Positions 8,602 to 20,069 of a DNA stretch of 32,000 nt are shown one piece after another (within the stretch, counting starts at the first letter, position 1; every line of letters begins with the position of its first letter). The stretch covers positions 1 through 32,000 of the forward strand of contig CP095464.1 in NCBI GenBank assembly GCA_021294815.2. The letters run 5' to 3'. This DNA is from Verrucomicrobiota bacterium (GTDB lineage Bacteria; Verrucomicrobiota; Verrucomicrobiia; Opitutales; LL51). The notes beneath the pieces were generated by a model that ran no database searches, was not told the origin of the DNA, and saw nothing but the letters and a program-made list of their open reading frames with translations. A program made the translations under genes and the position numbers.

Positions 8602-9930
8602 TTAGGTTTCTTGTAAGCAGTAACGTGGCTCTTTACTCAAGAATTCAAAGACGATTGGACATCCTTCGAGGTCAAAGGCATTACGGATGCCATTTTCGAG
8701 GTAGCGCTTATACGGCTCGTTAAGGAGTTCTGCTTTATTACAAAATAACTTGAACTTAAACGGAAAGTTTTGGCAACATACCAGATAATAGACTTTAAAG
8801 CGTTTCTTACCGACGGATGCCGGTGGTTGGCGTTCCAGTAGATTTTGAACAATTCGATTGAGTTTTCCCGTTGAAATTGTCTGTTGCGCACGTTTATAAA
8901 GCTCAATAATGGCTTTTAGTAAATCATTTGGATTACCGTTCTTTGCAGATGTAAAAATGACCGATTTTTGTCCCGGTAATTCTGCTTGAATGGCCTCTAA
9001 AAAGCGTTTTTGGAATTCCGTCCGTGTACACCCTAAAAGATCTTCTCGTGCTAAATCCCATTTATTGACGACTAGTAACAGGCATTTGTGCTCGTTCATG
9101 ATCTGACGAATGCGCTGTTGATCCTGCCGCGTAATCCCTGTCAAGGCATCAATGATATAAACGACGACATCGGCCTCTAAAATGGCATCACGTGAGCGTA
9201 AGGTTGAGAAAAATTCGACCGAGCTATCAATTTTCTTCTTCGTACGAAGTCCCGCTGTATCGATGAGTTCCAACGTATAATTTTGATGCTGAAACCGACA
9301 CCGAACGGCATCGCGTGTAGTTCCTGCAATCGGACTTTCAATGAGTCGCGGTTCGTTTAAGAGTGCATTGGCAATCGAAGACTTTCCGACATTGGGCCGT
9401 CCAACGAGGCAGAACTTGATATCGGCTGCTTCTAAATCCGAAGGGTGCTCGTTGTTTTCTCGGATAATCTTTCTCAAAGCTTCTTCTCCATAGCCATGTT
9501 CGGCTGAAACCGCGATAGGTTCTCCGAGTCCGAGTTGGAAAAATTCGTCGTAAAAGAAACGCTGCTTTTCGCTATCGATTTTATTCACGACCAGAAAAAC
9601 TTTTCGTCCAGAGGTACGTAATCGCTGAGCAATTTCCTGATCGAGAGCCGTTACGCCTGCGCGTCCATCGACGACAAAAAAAATGACGTCGGATTGCTGA
9701 ATCGCAAGATCGACTTGATGTTCGACAGAGCTTGATAAATTGTCGCAAATAACACCAACGCCGCCCGTATCCATCAAAAAAATCCCCTCGCCTAACGGCG
9801 CTTCAATAATATCACGCGTCACACCAGCTTGATCATGAACAATCGCCACACGTTTCTGAACCAGCCGATTAAATAGCCGGCTTTTGCCAACATTAGGACG
9901 CCCTACAATCGCAATTCTCACGGCACACAT
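8602..9930 (-). CDS. der: Ribosome-associated GTPase Der (EngA)
   Basis: Two tandem GTPase domains are present (GRPNVGKS twice, DTGG and DTAG, NKID and NKWD), followed by a KH-like C-terminal domain. Confidence 0.95.
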   Translation of the reverse strand: MCAVRIAIVGRPNVGKSRLFNRLVQKRVAIVHDQAGVTRDIIEAPLGEGIFLMDTGGVGVICDNLSSSVEHQVDLAIQQSDVIFFVVDGRAGVTALDQEIAQRLRTSGRKVFLVVNKIDSEKQRFFYDEFFQLGLGEPIAVSAEHGYGEEALRKIIRENNEHPSDLEAADIKFCLVGRPNVGKSSIANALLNEPRLIESPIAGTTRDAVRCRFQHQNYTLELIDTAGLRTKKKIDSSVEFFSTLRSRDAILEADVVVYIIDALTGITRQDQQRIRQIMNEHKCLLLVVNKWDLAREDLLGCTRTEFQKRFLEAIQAELPGQKSVIFTSAKNGNPNDLLKAIIELYKRAQQTISTGKLNRIVQNLLERQPPASVGKKRFKVYYLVCCQNFPFKFKLFCNKAELLNEPYKRYLENGIRNAFDLEGCPIVFEFLSKEPRYCLQET

Positions 9931-9957
9931 TCCGCGGATTTTACCGCTTTCGCAAGC

Positions 9958-10410
9958 TTAATCCGGATGGAGATTTTTGACTTCCTGTTCGAATTCATGC
10001 GTTTCGTGAAAATTTTTGTAGATACTCGCAAACCTCAGGTACGCGATCGGATCCGTTTCCTTCAGCACTTGCATAACGATTTGTCCAATTTCCTCAGAAG
10101 TAATTTTTGTTGTATGGTTTCCTTGGATCTGGTTCAAAATCTGCTGCATGGCGTGTTCAATCTTCTTTTCACTCAACGCATCAGCTTTAATGGCTTTTCG
10201 TAGACCACTGGCGATTTTCTCGCTATCAAATTCTTCCTCCTGCAAGTTTCGCTTAGCGACGACAAGTTCTGGTGGACAGAGCGTCTCTAGGGTCGAAAAT
10301 TTATAGCCACATTCCGGACACTTCCGACGACGACGGATACTGCTCTGATCCGGTGCAACACGTGTATCGGTTACCTTGGTGTCGCTATATTGGCAATGAG
10401 GACACTTCAT
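9958..10410 (-). CDS. nrdR: Transcriptional repressor NrdR
   Basis: An N-terminal zinc ribbon (MKCPHC...CPEC) is followed by an ATP-cone. The length of 150 aa is typical. Confidence 0.95.
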   Translation of the reverse strand: MKCPHCQYSDTKVTDTRVAPDQSSIRRRRKCPECGYKFSTLETLCPPELVVAKRNLQEEEFDSEKIASGLRKAIKADALSEKKIEHAMQQILNQIQGNHTTKITSEEIGQIVMQVLKETDPIAYLRFASIYKNFHETHEFEQEVKNLHPD

Positions 10411-11390
10411 GACGGAAACACCGCTGCGAGTATGGTCCTTTTGATATCGGCAACATCTTGAATAGTACCCCCATATAAGATCTGATAGAGGGCGTTAACG
10501 ACCGGTGCCGATATCGATTTTTCCTCAAAGATATGATGGAAGGTTTTAACAGAACGGTAACCTTCGATCGCAGCAACCGACTGCGTAAATAACTTATGTG
10601 GATCATAATCTTGTATCAGCGATTCCCCAAAGGTACGGTTGCGGCTCCACGATCCCGAGCAAGTTGCTAAAAAGTCCCCAATGCCACTCGGACCGTAAAA
10701 TGTTTCCGTTTGTGCGCCGAGCTTTTGTCCGATCATAATCATTTCCTGCAGACAGGTCATCATATAGGAACATTTTGCATTCATGCCGAGTTGAAGACCA
10801 TCGAAAATCCCTGCCCCGATCGCGTAAATATTTTTCAAACATCCCCCGAGCTCAACGCCAATAACATCTGCTGACGGGAGGATCGTCATATTGGGAAAGT
10901 GAAACGCTAAATTTTGGCAATCCGGATTTTTCGATGCTAATACCACAGTTGTTGGTAGACCTAAGGCAACTTCACGCGCATAAGAAGGGCCCGATAGAAC
11001 ACCAAAAGGATTATTGGGGAATCGACGCGCAATGTACATACTGGGTAATTCCCAGGTCTCTCCCGGTAGCCCCTTACAAAACGAAATAATCGGGACCGAT
11101 GCCGGTAATCCCGCTTCTTGAATATGTTTGCCGACATCATCAATCGCTGCCGAAGGACAAACTAAAAATAAAACATCACAGGCTTTTAACTCATTGTAAC
11201 GGTGCGTAACGGTAATCGCTTCGGGAATTTCGATACCGGGAAAGAACGTAATATTTTCGTGGTGCGTATTAATTTCCGCAGCATCCTGGGCATTTTTCGT
11301 AATGAGCGTCACGGTATGGTGCGCGCGCCAGCTACTCAACGCGACCGCGGTCCCCCATGCGCCAGCCCCCAAAATGGCAATGTTCATCAC
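10407..11390 (-). CDS. gpsA: NAD(P)H-dependent glycerol-3-phosphate dehydrogenase
   Basis: The N-terminal Rossmann motif is IAILGAGAWGTA and the GpsA-type C-terminal domain contains GLKNIYAIGAGI-like CLKNIYAIGAG. A 4-nt overlap joins it to nrdR. Confidence 0.93.
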   Translation of the reverse strand: MMNIAILGAGAWGTAVALSSWRAHHTVTLITKNAQDAAEINTHHENITFFPGIEIPEAITVTHRYNELKACDVLFLVCPSAAIDDVGKHIQEAGLPASVPIISFCKGLPGETWELPSMYIARRFPNNPFGVLSGPSYAREVALGLPTTVVLASKNPDCQNLAFHFPNMTILPSADVIGVELGGCLKNIYAIGAGIFDGLQLGMNAKCSYMMTCLQEMIMIGQKLGAQTETFYGPSGIGDFLATCSGSWSRNRTFGESLIQDYDPHKLFTQSVAAIEGYRSVKTFHHIFEEKSISAPVVNALYQILYGGTIQDVADIKRTILAAVFPS

Positions 11391-11420
11391 AAAAAGCTTA
11401 AATGTATATCCATGCTGAAG

Positions 11421-13193
11421 TCAACTCCGTAGGTCTTGGTGGATTTTCTCTACGATATCGTCTGTCGTCAGGTGGTATTTTGTTAAAAGATCCGCATCAT
11501 TAGTTGCATGTGGCAGAAACTGATCGGGCCAGGCGAAACAATGGAGGCGTACGGGGATTTGGTTTTGTTGAAAAAAGCTCGCAACCGCGCTGCCGAAGCC
11601 GCTTGTCACAACGTGGTCTTCAAGCGTATAAAGATAGTCATGTTTTTCGGCACAATGGCGTAGAAGAGCCTCATCAAGTGGTTTAACGAAACGCGCATTG
11701 ATAATCGTACAATCGCAGAACAGTTTTTGCGCGACTTCTTGAGCCATGCCCACTTTTTCGCCGAGAGCGATGAGCGCAATGCGCTGACCTTCCTGAAGGA
11801 TTTCACTCCGGCCGATTTGAATGGGCATATGTTGTTTGGGTTTTGTGACCGTTGTTCGTGGATAGCGGATGGCACAGGGACGACTCCAGGTAATGGCCGC
11901 GGTTAACATCATCGCCAGCTCCTCTGTGTCGCTGGGCTGCATAATGATGAGATTAGGAACGGCACTAAGCCAAGCGAGATCGAAAAGTCCATGGTGTGTG
12001 GGGCCCTCTTGGGGACAAAGACCAGCGCGATCGATCGCAAAAATAACCGGAAGATTTTGGAGCGCTACATCATGAAAGATATTGTCGAATGCGCGTTGCA
12101 AAAAGGTAGAATAAATCGCGCAAACGGGAATGAGGCCCATTTTAGCCAATCCGGCAGTAAAGGTAACCGCATGTCCCTCGGCAATCCCAACATCAAAAAA
12201 GTTTTGTGGGAATTTTTGCTGAAATTCTTGTAGCCCAGTTCCGGTGGACATTGCCGCGGTAATGGCGACAATTTTTTTGTTTTTTTTGGTCAATTGACAG
12301 AGCGTATGGCCCAAAGTCTGTGAGTATCCCTGTGTCGGTATTGGAGAAATACTGTGTTCTTCTGGCGTAACGGTTTGTTGTCCACCGTATCCCTTTTGTG
12401 TTTTAACGTGAAGGAGGACCGGTTTGGTTTCTTGTTTGCAAAATTCCAGCACATCGACGAGTTCTTCAAGGTTATGGCCATCGATGGGACCAATGTAGCG
12501 CAAACCGTAGTATTCAAAGAAAGAGGATGGTAAAACAAGTGCTTTGATGGCACGTTTAAGAGCGGATAGCCCGTGAATAATTTGCTTCCCGACCCAAATC
12601 TTACGGAGGGCATTTTTAAGCCATGTTTTGGTACGGTTATAGGGCGTACTGAGTATCAGGCCCTTGAGATAACGTGCGATAAAGCCGACATTGGGCGCAA
12701 TGGCATAACCGTTATCGTTGATCACAATAATGAGCTTTGTAGATCCGACATTATTGAGTGCCTCGAGTGTTAACCCATTTGTTAAAGAGGCATCGCCCAA
12801 AACGGCAATTACATGGTCATCATCTTTGTGAAGATCGCGGGCTTTCGCGAGACCCAGTGCTAACGAGAGCGCCGTACCGGCGTGGCCACAGAAAAAATGA
12901 TCATGGATGCTTTCTGAAGGAGACGTAAAGCCTGAAAGGCCTCCGGTCTGACGCAACGTTGGGAATAACGCTTCCCGGCCGGTGAGGAGTTTATGAGCGT
13001 AACATTGGTGGGAGACATCAAAAATAATTTGGTCTCGGGGAGATTGAAAGACTTTATGGAGCGCTAGGGTTAGTTCGACAATACCGAGGTTCGAAGCGAG
13101 ATGTCCCCCATTGCGACGCGTTACCGTCTCAATCTGTTGACGAATCTGACGTGCTTGGGCGCGAAGGTACGAAAAAGAGGTCGATAGCGTCAT
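11421..13193 (-). CDS. dxs: 1-deoxy-D-xylulose-5-phosphate synthase
   Basis: Matches are GGHLASNLGIVELTLALH, HQCYAHKLLTGR, a thiamine-diphosphate binding region GDASLTNGLTLEALNN, and transketolase-like pyrimidine-binding and C-terminal domains. Confidence 0.95.
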   Translation of the reverse strand: MTLSTSFSYLRAQARQIRQQIETVTRRNGGHLASNLGIVELTLALHKVFQSPRDQIIFDVSHQCYAHKLLTGREALFPTLRQTGGLSGFTSPSESIHDHFFCGHAGTALSLALGLAKARDLHKDDDHVIAVLGDASLTNGLTLEALNNVGSTKLIIVINDNGYAIAPNVGFIARYLKGLILSTPYNRTKTWLKNALRKIWVGKQIIHGLSALKRAIKALVLPSSFFEYYGLRYIGPIDGHNLEELVDVLEFCKQETKPVLLHVKTQKGYGGQQTVTPEEHSISPIPTQGYSQTLGHTLCQLTKKNKKIVAITAAMSTGTGLQEFQQKFPQNFFDVGIAEGHAVTFTAGLAKMGLIPVCAIYSTFLQRAFDNIFHDVALQNLPVIFAIDRAGLCPQEGPTHHGLFDLAWLSAVPNLIIMQPSDTEELAMMLTAAITWSRPCAIRYPRTTVTKPKQHMPIQIGRSEILQEGQRIALIALGEKVGMAQEVAQKLFCDCTIINARFVKPLDEALLRHCAEKHDYLYTLEDHVVTSGFGSAVASFFQQNQIPVRLHCFAWPDQFLPHATNDADLLTKYHLTTDDIVEKIHQDLRS

Positions 13194-13242
13194 AACGCAT
13201 ACGACCGTGTGTTTTTTTATTAATAAATCGAAAGCTCAAAAA

Positions 13243-13968
13243 TTACGCCGCTTGACGAATAATTTCGAGAAAATCGTCTGCAACGAGTGAAGCGCCTCCA
13301 ATCAATCCTCCCGTGATATCGGGTTGTGCCAGCAGTGTAGCGGCATTATTGGGCTTCATCGAGCCTCCGTAAAGGATATGAATGGTGTTATCGTTAAAAT
13401 GCTTTGAAAGTAGTTGCCGAATCACGTGGTGTACTTCTTGGGCAATTTCCGGTGTAGCGGTTTTGCCTGTACCGATCGCCCAAATCGGTTCATACGCAAT
13501 TACAAGATTGGAGTTAGTGACATCCTTTAATGCCGCGGTTACTTGGCGTTCGATGACCACGAGCGTTTGATTCTGTTCCCGTTCTTCAAGAGATTCTCCA
13601 ACACAGATAATTGGAATGAGTTGATGTTGTTGTGCTAATTTTACCTTCTGGTTTACTAACTCATCTGTCTCAAAAAACAAGGACCGACGTTCACTGTGAC
13701 CGATAATCACATACTGAACGCCTAGATCCGTTAGCATATTTGGCGCAATTTCTCCGGTAAATGCACCCTTTTCCTGGCAATAGACATTCTGTGCACCTAA
13801 GGCGATCGGTGTTCCCTTTAGTAGCTGAGCACAGCGATCGAGTGCCGTAAACGGAGGGCAAATCGCAACCGAAACACCCGATGGTATTTTTAACAATTCC
13901 TGAACGAGTTGCGCCGCTTCCGTCGACGTCTTATTCATCTTCCAATTCCCTACAATTAACTTGGTCAT
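13243..13968 (-). CDS. tpiA: Triosephosphate isomerase
   Basis: Matches are GNWKMN, the catalytic His in IIGHSERR and the catalytic Glu in YEPIWAIGTG. ATG 13968 (MTKLIVGNWKMN) is preferred. The longer ORF to 14064 would run through the HIT gene. Confidence 0.93.
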   Translation of the reverse strand: MTKLIVGNWKMNKTSTEAAQLVQELLKIPSGVSVAICPPFTALDRCAQLLKGTPIALGAQNVYCQEKGAFTGEIAPNMLTDLGVQYVIIGHSERRSLFFETDELVNQKVKLAQQHQLIPIICVGESLEEREQNQTLVVIERQVTAALKDVTNSNLVIAYEPIWAIGTGKTATPEIAQEVHHVIRQLLSKHFNDNTIHILYGGSMKPNNAATLLAQPDITGGLIGGASLVADDFLEIIRQAA

Positions 13969-14441
13969 AAAAAAGTCCGTAATTTTTCCCACATGTGTTC
14001 TAATGCGATTGGGAGTACTTTGGTATCCGCAATCACCGGCATAAAATTCGTATCCCCATCCCAACGAGGTACGAGATGACAGTGAAGATGTTGCGGAATA
14101 CCCGCTCCGGCAGCATGGCCTAAATTCATCCCGATATTAATACCGTCGGGCGTTAGGGCTTTTTGGAGCATCTGTTCCGAACGGATAATGGTTTGAAAAA
14201 AATCTGTTTGTTCTTCAGGAGATAATGCACTCAGTTCCCCAATCTCGCGCTGCGGTAAAACTAATAGATGTCCCGCATTATACGGATAACGGTTGAGGAC
14301 TACAAAACTTAAGGATGTCCGAAAAAGTAATAGGGATGTGCGTTCATCCGGATTGTTTAGAATTTCTAAAAAGGGATTACCCTTCGATTTTTGCGGAGTA
14401 TCAATATACAGAACGCGCCAGTACGCGTGTAGATAATTCAC
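13965..14441 (-). CDS. HIT-family (histidine triad) nucleotide hydrolase/transferase
   Basis: The histidine triad is HLHCHLVPRW and NRYPYNAGHLLVLP is also present. GTG start. A 4-nt overlap joins it to tpiA. Confidence 0.85.
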   Translation of the reverse strand: MNYLHAYWRVLYIDTPQKSKGNPFLEILNNPDERTSLLLFRTSLSFVVLNRYPYNAGHLLVLPQREIGELSALSPEEQTDFFQTIIRSEQMLQKALTPDGINIGMNLGHAAGAGIPQHLHCHLVPRWDGDTNFMPVIADTKVLPIALEHMWEKLRTFL

Positions 14442-14530
14442 CCAAGTGATGGTAATGAACGTGCGAAAAATGCCAACATATATCTTGACACCCTCCGAAG
14501 TTTTTGGAGAAATCGCCGCAGAATTTAACT

Positions 14531-15972
<1,442 letters not shown>

Positions 15973-16111
15973 ACACGATTATAGATATTCCGTGTTTGCG
16001 ATTCTTTGCGAACCCTTTCATTTTTGTTACTTAGCGTTACGCGCACGCTGGGTACATTGTTTAGATTTTTTGTATGTTTTGTTTCGCGGCTACCCACGCA
16101 GCTGGCTGTTC

Positions 16112-16720
16112 ATGACACTCGACAAAACACTGAGACTCGAATATTTTTTAGAATCCCCCTTTGCGATTAGTAAACGCTACTTACAGCTACGCCTAGATTC
16201 TGACATTTACCAATACGGCGAGACGCCAATGCGTACTCTAGAACGCATAGCGCAACGTTTAAAGCTTTCATCCGATGATCACGTGTTTGAACTCGGTGCC
16301 GGTACGGGGCGATGTGCCTTTTGGCTCGCCTGCTTACATCATTGCCGTGTAACGGGGATTGAACGCATTGCGCTTTTTGCTGATTTTGCCAACTCTGTTG
16401 TTCGAAACTATGGTCTTCAGGATCAAGTTCAATTCATTCACGGGGATTTTCTCGAAAAAAATCTCTCCCAAGCGACTGTCATTTACCTCTATGGCACCAA
16501 GATGAGTGATACGGAAATTGAAGCATTTATTTTAAACCTTCAGAATACAAGTTTGGGAACGCGTATTGTGACCGTGAGCTACGCCCTTGAGGAAATCGTC
16601 GCGATTAGTTCAGACCTACGGATTCAAGCCATGTCCTTCGAAATCATCGACACGTTTGAAGCGGAATTTTTCTGGGGGAAAGCGCAAGTTTTTATTCAAA
16701 AACTAAGAAGCCGGAGCTAA
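16112..16720 (+). CDS. Class I SAM-dependent methyltransferase, substrate unknown
   Basis: SAM-binding motif I is [16 protein letters not shown]. An acidic residue ends the second strand (GIE). There is no NPPY motif, so this is not PrmC. ATG 16112 is preferred over the ORF-track start at 15914, which overlaps tgt. Confidence 0.75.
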   Translation: MTLDKTLRLEYFLESPFAISKRYLQLRLDSDIYQYGETPMRTLERIAQRLKLSSDDHVFELGAGTGRCAFWLACLHHCRVTGIERIALFADFANSVVRNYGLQDQVQFIHGDFLEKNLSQATVIYLYGTKMSDTEIEAFILNLQNTSLGTRIVTVSYALEEIVAISSDLRIQAMSFEIIDTFEAEFFWGKAQVFIQKLRSRS

Positions 16721-17785
16721 CAATTGCTCGATTTGTTTTTGATCACTCGCCTCGACTAATGCATTCAAGAGATCATCGAGATCGCCATCCATAATCTGCG
16801 GCAGACTATATAGTGTGAGCCCAATGCGGTGGTCGGTGAGTCGATTCTGAGGGAAGTTGTAAGTCCGAATACGTTCCGAGCGGTCCCCGGAGCCGACTTG
16901 GCTCTTTCGATTCTCGGCGTACTTTTTGCGCTCACTTTCTTCCTTCTGTTGCAAAAGACGCGAACGAAGAACCTTGAGGGCCTTGGCTTTGTTTTTGATT
17001 TGAGAACGTTCGTCGGCACAAGTAACCATCATTCCCGTTGGTTTATGGAGAACCTGAACTGCTGAATCCGTTGTATTGACCCCCTGTCCTCCAGGACCAC
17101 TTGCACGACAGACCGAAATTTCTAAATCTTCTGGAGCGATTTGGATGTCGACTTCCTCCGCTTCCGGCAAGACTGCGACGGTCGCAGCCGAGGTGTGAAT
17201 TCGCCCATTGGCTTCCGTTGTAGGAATTCGTTGAACGCGATGAACACCACTCTCAAACTTGAGGCGTTTAAAAACCTCATCACCACTGATAAGCAGCGAT
17301 ACCTCTTTAAAGCCACCGCACTCGGAGGGACTAGAACCTAAAATTTCCGTCTTCCATCCAATGCGCTCAGCATACATGGTGTACATGCGGAATAAATCCG
17401 CAGCAAACAAACTCGCTTCATCGCCACCCGTCCCGGCGCGAATTTCAATAATCGTGTTGCGCGAATCATTTTCGTCGCGTGGGAGCATTTCGAGGAGAAT
17501 CTCGTGTTCGAGTTGCTGTAATTCTGACGAAATTTGTTGGTTATCCTCTTCAGCGAGCGCTTTTAACTCCATATCTTCACCCTGCAAAAGTGCCTCGTTC
17601 TCCGCTAAATTTTTCTGAAGCATAAGATAGTGCTCGTACTTCTCCAGCAAAGCTCCGAGTTTTTGATGTTCACGAGCAATCTTCGCAGCCTGGCGCTGAT
17701 CGTTAAAAAAGTCCGGCGATAGGACTTGCGCATCAAGGACTTCGTAACGTTGTCGAAACGAGGTAATCTCCGGGAGGCGAGCCAT
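16703..17785 (-). CDS. prfA: Peptide chain release factor 1
   Basis: The GGQ motif is [10 protein letters not shown]. The RF1-type PxT tripeptide is RVQRIPTTE. Length is 360 aa. Confidence 0.96.
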   Translation of the reverse strand: MARLPEITSFRQRYEVLDAQVLSPDFFNDQRQAAKIAREHQKLGALLEKYEHYLMLQKNLAENEALLQGEDMELKALAEEDNQQISSELQQLEHEILLEMLPRDENDSRNTIIEIRAGTGGDEASLFAADLFRMYTMYAERIGWKTEILGSSPSECGGFKEVSLLISGDEVFKRLKFESGVHRVQRIPTTEANGRIHTSAATVAVLPEAEEVDIQIAPEDLEISVCRASGPGGQGVNTTDSAVQVLHKPTGMMVTCADERSQIKNKAKALKVLRSRLLQQKEESERKKYAENRKSQVGSGDRSERIRTYNFPQNRLTDHRIGLTLYSLPQIMDGDLDDLLNALVEASDQKQIEQLLAPAS

Positions 17786-17788
17786 ATA

Positions 17789-18688
17789 CTATAGCTTCGC
17801 ATTTTCCTTTTTCAGTGCTTCATAAATGCGATTCCGGACCTCATCAAAGGACCCCTTCGCGTCAATGCTATAATAGTTCGAACACTTTTTCATGTATTTG
17901 AGCGCATTTAAAGTTTGATCACGAAACATTGCATAACGTGTCCGCGCAACGTTGTCGTCCATGTCGGTCGCTCGTACAGTTTGAAGTTCACCATGACCGG
18001 AAGCTTGAACTTGGTTGTTGTGCTCAATCGCCTCTTGTCCCCGCGTTTTTTGACGTAAAATACTCGTCCGTTCATCTACTAATAACATAACCGTTATTTC
18101 ACGAAGCCGGTCGGCGCCAATTCTTTTTTTTAACAACGCGGCACACTCTGCTTGTATCAATGTCCTTGGGTAGCCATCAATAATGATTCCCACCTCATTG
18201 TGACTTTCTTCAATGATCTTTTTAAAGACTAAGTAGGTTACCTCTTCATCATCAATGAGTAGTCCCTGATCGATTTTCTGTTGATATTCTGGAGTATGTA
18301 AGAGATCGCTGACAATAATCGGATGTGTCGAGATACCCATTACACGCATGACGTTACGCGTATTCGTCCCTTTTCCGGCACCAGGAGCCCCATTAACCCA
18401 AATAATTGTGCGTGGTACCTTAATCTCTGGGAACTCCGACATTAGACGCTTCCAGACGCGACAAAACAAAAATACTGCAGGCCCTGAAGCTATCAATTTC
18501 CCCTGCTCAATAAAGGGTTCAAATTCCTGATTGTGTACAAAATCGACCGCATCTTTCGCCATCTTAATACTCCTCCTGAAATACCCTAACGCCTTGCCCA
18601 ACAAATGAGCCCCCTCGTTCTCGGCATGTACTACCGAGGGACAGGACATCGTCGAAACAAGCGCAACAACTGGGATAAAATGCTTCAT
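17789..18688 (-). CDS. Adenylate-kinase-family P-loop kinase with an N-terminal extension and predicted signal peptide
   Basis: The P-loop is NGAPGAGKGT. IIDGYPRT matches the LDGFPRT motif and RATDMDD is a LID-like motif. The N-terminus MKHFIPVVALVSTMSCPSVVHA|ENEG looks like a Sec signal with an AXA-type cleavage site. The ORF opens at 18733, but ATG 18688 is preferred because a promoter-like element lies upstream of it. Confidence 0.75.
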   Translation of the reverse strand: MKHFIPVVALVSTMSCPSVVHAENEGAHLLGKALGYFRRSIKMAKDAVDFVHNQEFEPFIEQGKLIASGPAVFLFCRVWKRLMSEFPEIKVPRTIIWVNGAPGAGKGTNTRNVMRVMGISTHPIIVSDLLHTPEYQQKIDQGLLIDDEEVTYLVFKKIIEESHNEVGIIIDGYPRTLIQAECAALLKKRIGADRLREITVMLLVDERTSILRQKTRGQEAIEHNNQVQASGHGELQTVRATDMDDNVARTRYAMFRDQTLNALKYMKKCSNYYSIDAKGSFDEVRNRIYEALKKENAKL

Positions 18689-18705
18689 TAACAGGAGACG
18701 CGTCG

Positions 18706-18733
18706 GTTCTATATGCGCGCCGTTTCTTGTCAA
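18706..18733 (-). promoter_or_regulatory. Candidate sigma70-type promoter for the kinase-like gene
   Basis: On the minus strand, TTGACA (18733-18728) lies immediately after the glgC stop. A 16-nt spacer and TAGAAC (18711-18706) follow, with 17 nt to ATG 18688. Confidence 0.35.
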
Positions 18734-19993
18734 TTAAAATGAAAATCCGGACGGAATGACTGCGTGTTTCCCAATGCATAAAACATGATCCCTGATATAA
18801 ATATCTTCTGAATGATCGTAATTTGCGGGCTTACCTTCTGGAGATAGATTGGCTCCTGCTCCAATCCGCGCATTACGGTCAATAATACAGTTTTTGATGT
18901 GACAATGTTCGCCAATACCCAAAGGAACCGGATTGGATTCATTCTCGAAATGATCTGCGCCGATCATGTATACGTTTTCCATTTCCGTCCCCGAGCGAAT
19001 CAAGGAACGTTCGCCAATCACGCAACGCTTCAAGTGGGCATCCGAAATAATACATCCATCGCCAACGAGCACATTTTGCATGGTACAGCTATTAACTTTT
19101 GCCGCCGGTAGGGTTTTGGGCTGCGTGTAGATCGGTTTTGAAACATCAAAAAAGTTAAATTCCGGGACAAGATCGGTGAGCATGAGATTGGTTTCAAAAA
19201 ACGAACGGACCGTTCCAATATCTTCCCAATAATCTTCGAAAATAAAGGCTTTAATGGCAACTTTCCCCAAAAGTCCTGGAATAATTTCCTTACCAAAATC
19301 GCTACCACCAGTGCTCAAGGCTTCATCCAACACCGAACGTTTAAAGACATAAATACCCATCGATGCGAGTGCATAGGCAGTATGGCTTTGGTCCTTTAAG
19401 TTTTGGCGCAATGGGCCTGAGAGTGTGAAGCTACGGATGAGCTCGGAATCGGTCGGTTTTTCGACGAATTCGGCAATAGAGAAATCATTCTTAACGCGCA
19501 TGATGCCGAAAGCGGAAACCCTATTGCCAGGAATAGGCTTTGCAGAGATCGTAACATCAGCAGAAGTCTGGAGGTGATGGCGTACCAAAGCGCCAATATC
19601 CATACGATAAAGTTGGTCGCCCGATAAAATTACAACGAGATCATTGGCGGGATCATTGAGGTAGCGCAAGTTTTTACGAACAGCATCAGCAGTTCCCTCA
19701 TACCAATTGCCGATACCATCGGCTGTTTGCTCCGCTGAAAAAATTTCGATTTTCCCCTTGGTAAACGGGTCAAACTTGTAGGTACTGTTAATGTGAGTAT
19801 GCAGTGAGCGCGTATTGAACTGCGTCAAAATATAAATATCTTTAAATCCGGAGTTGATGCAATTGCTGATTGGTATGTCGACGAGGCGATACTTCCCCGC
19901 CAAAGGGACAGCCGGTTTACAGCGATCTTTCGTCAACGGGAACAAACGTGTTCCCCGGCCGCCACCCATGATCACACATGCCACATTCCCCAT
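18734..19993 (-). CDS. glgC: Glucose-1-phosphate adenylyltransferase
   Basis: The N-terminal nucleotidyltransferase motif is IMGGGRGTRLFPLTKDRCKPAVP. YRLVDIPISNCINSG and a C-terminal left-handed beta-helix domain are also present. Confidence 0.93.
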   Translation of the reverse strand: MGNVACVIMGGGRGTRLFPLTKDRCKPAVPLAGKYRLVDIPISNCINSGFKDIYILTQFNTRSLHTHINSTYKFDPFTKGKIEIFSAEQTADGIGNWYEGTADAVRKNLRYLNDPANDLVVILSGDQLYRMDIGALVRHHLQTSADVTISAKPIPGNRVSAFGIMRVKNDFSIAEFVEKPTDSELIRSFTLSGPLRQNLKDQSHTAYALASMGIYVFKRSVLDEALSTGGSDFGKEIIPGLLGKVAIKAFIFEDYWEDIGTVRSFFETNLMLTDLVPEFNFFDVSKPIYTQPKTLPAAKVNSCTMQNVLVGDGCIISDAHLKRCVIGERSLIRSGTEMENVYMIGADHFENESNPVPLGIGEHCHIKNCIIDRNARIGAGANLSPEGKPANYDHSEDIYIRDHVLCIGKHAVIPSGFSF

Positions 19994-20004
19994 CGCGAGG
20001 ATAT

Positions 20005-20032
20005 TTTATAAAAATTTTTACATAGTTGTCAA
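20005..20032 (-). promoter_or_regulatory. Candidate sigma70-type promoter for glgC
   Basis: On the minus strand, TTGACA (20032-20027) is followed by a 16-nt spacer and TATAAA (20010-20005). Only 11 nt remain to the glgC ATG at 19993, which implies a very short leader. Confidence 0.4.
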
Positions 20033-20069
20033 AATAGAAACGCGATTTTGTTTCTTCCCTCTAAAAAAG

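Noticed and set aside
13969-14064. The longer tpiA start (14064) from the ORF track.
   Set aside because: The extension overlaps the HIT gene by 100 nt. Canonical TIM N-termini begin just before GNWKMN, so ATG 13968 gives the expected 4-nt coupled overlap.
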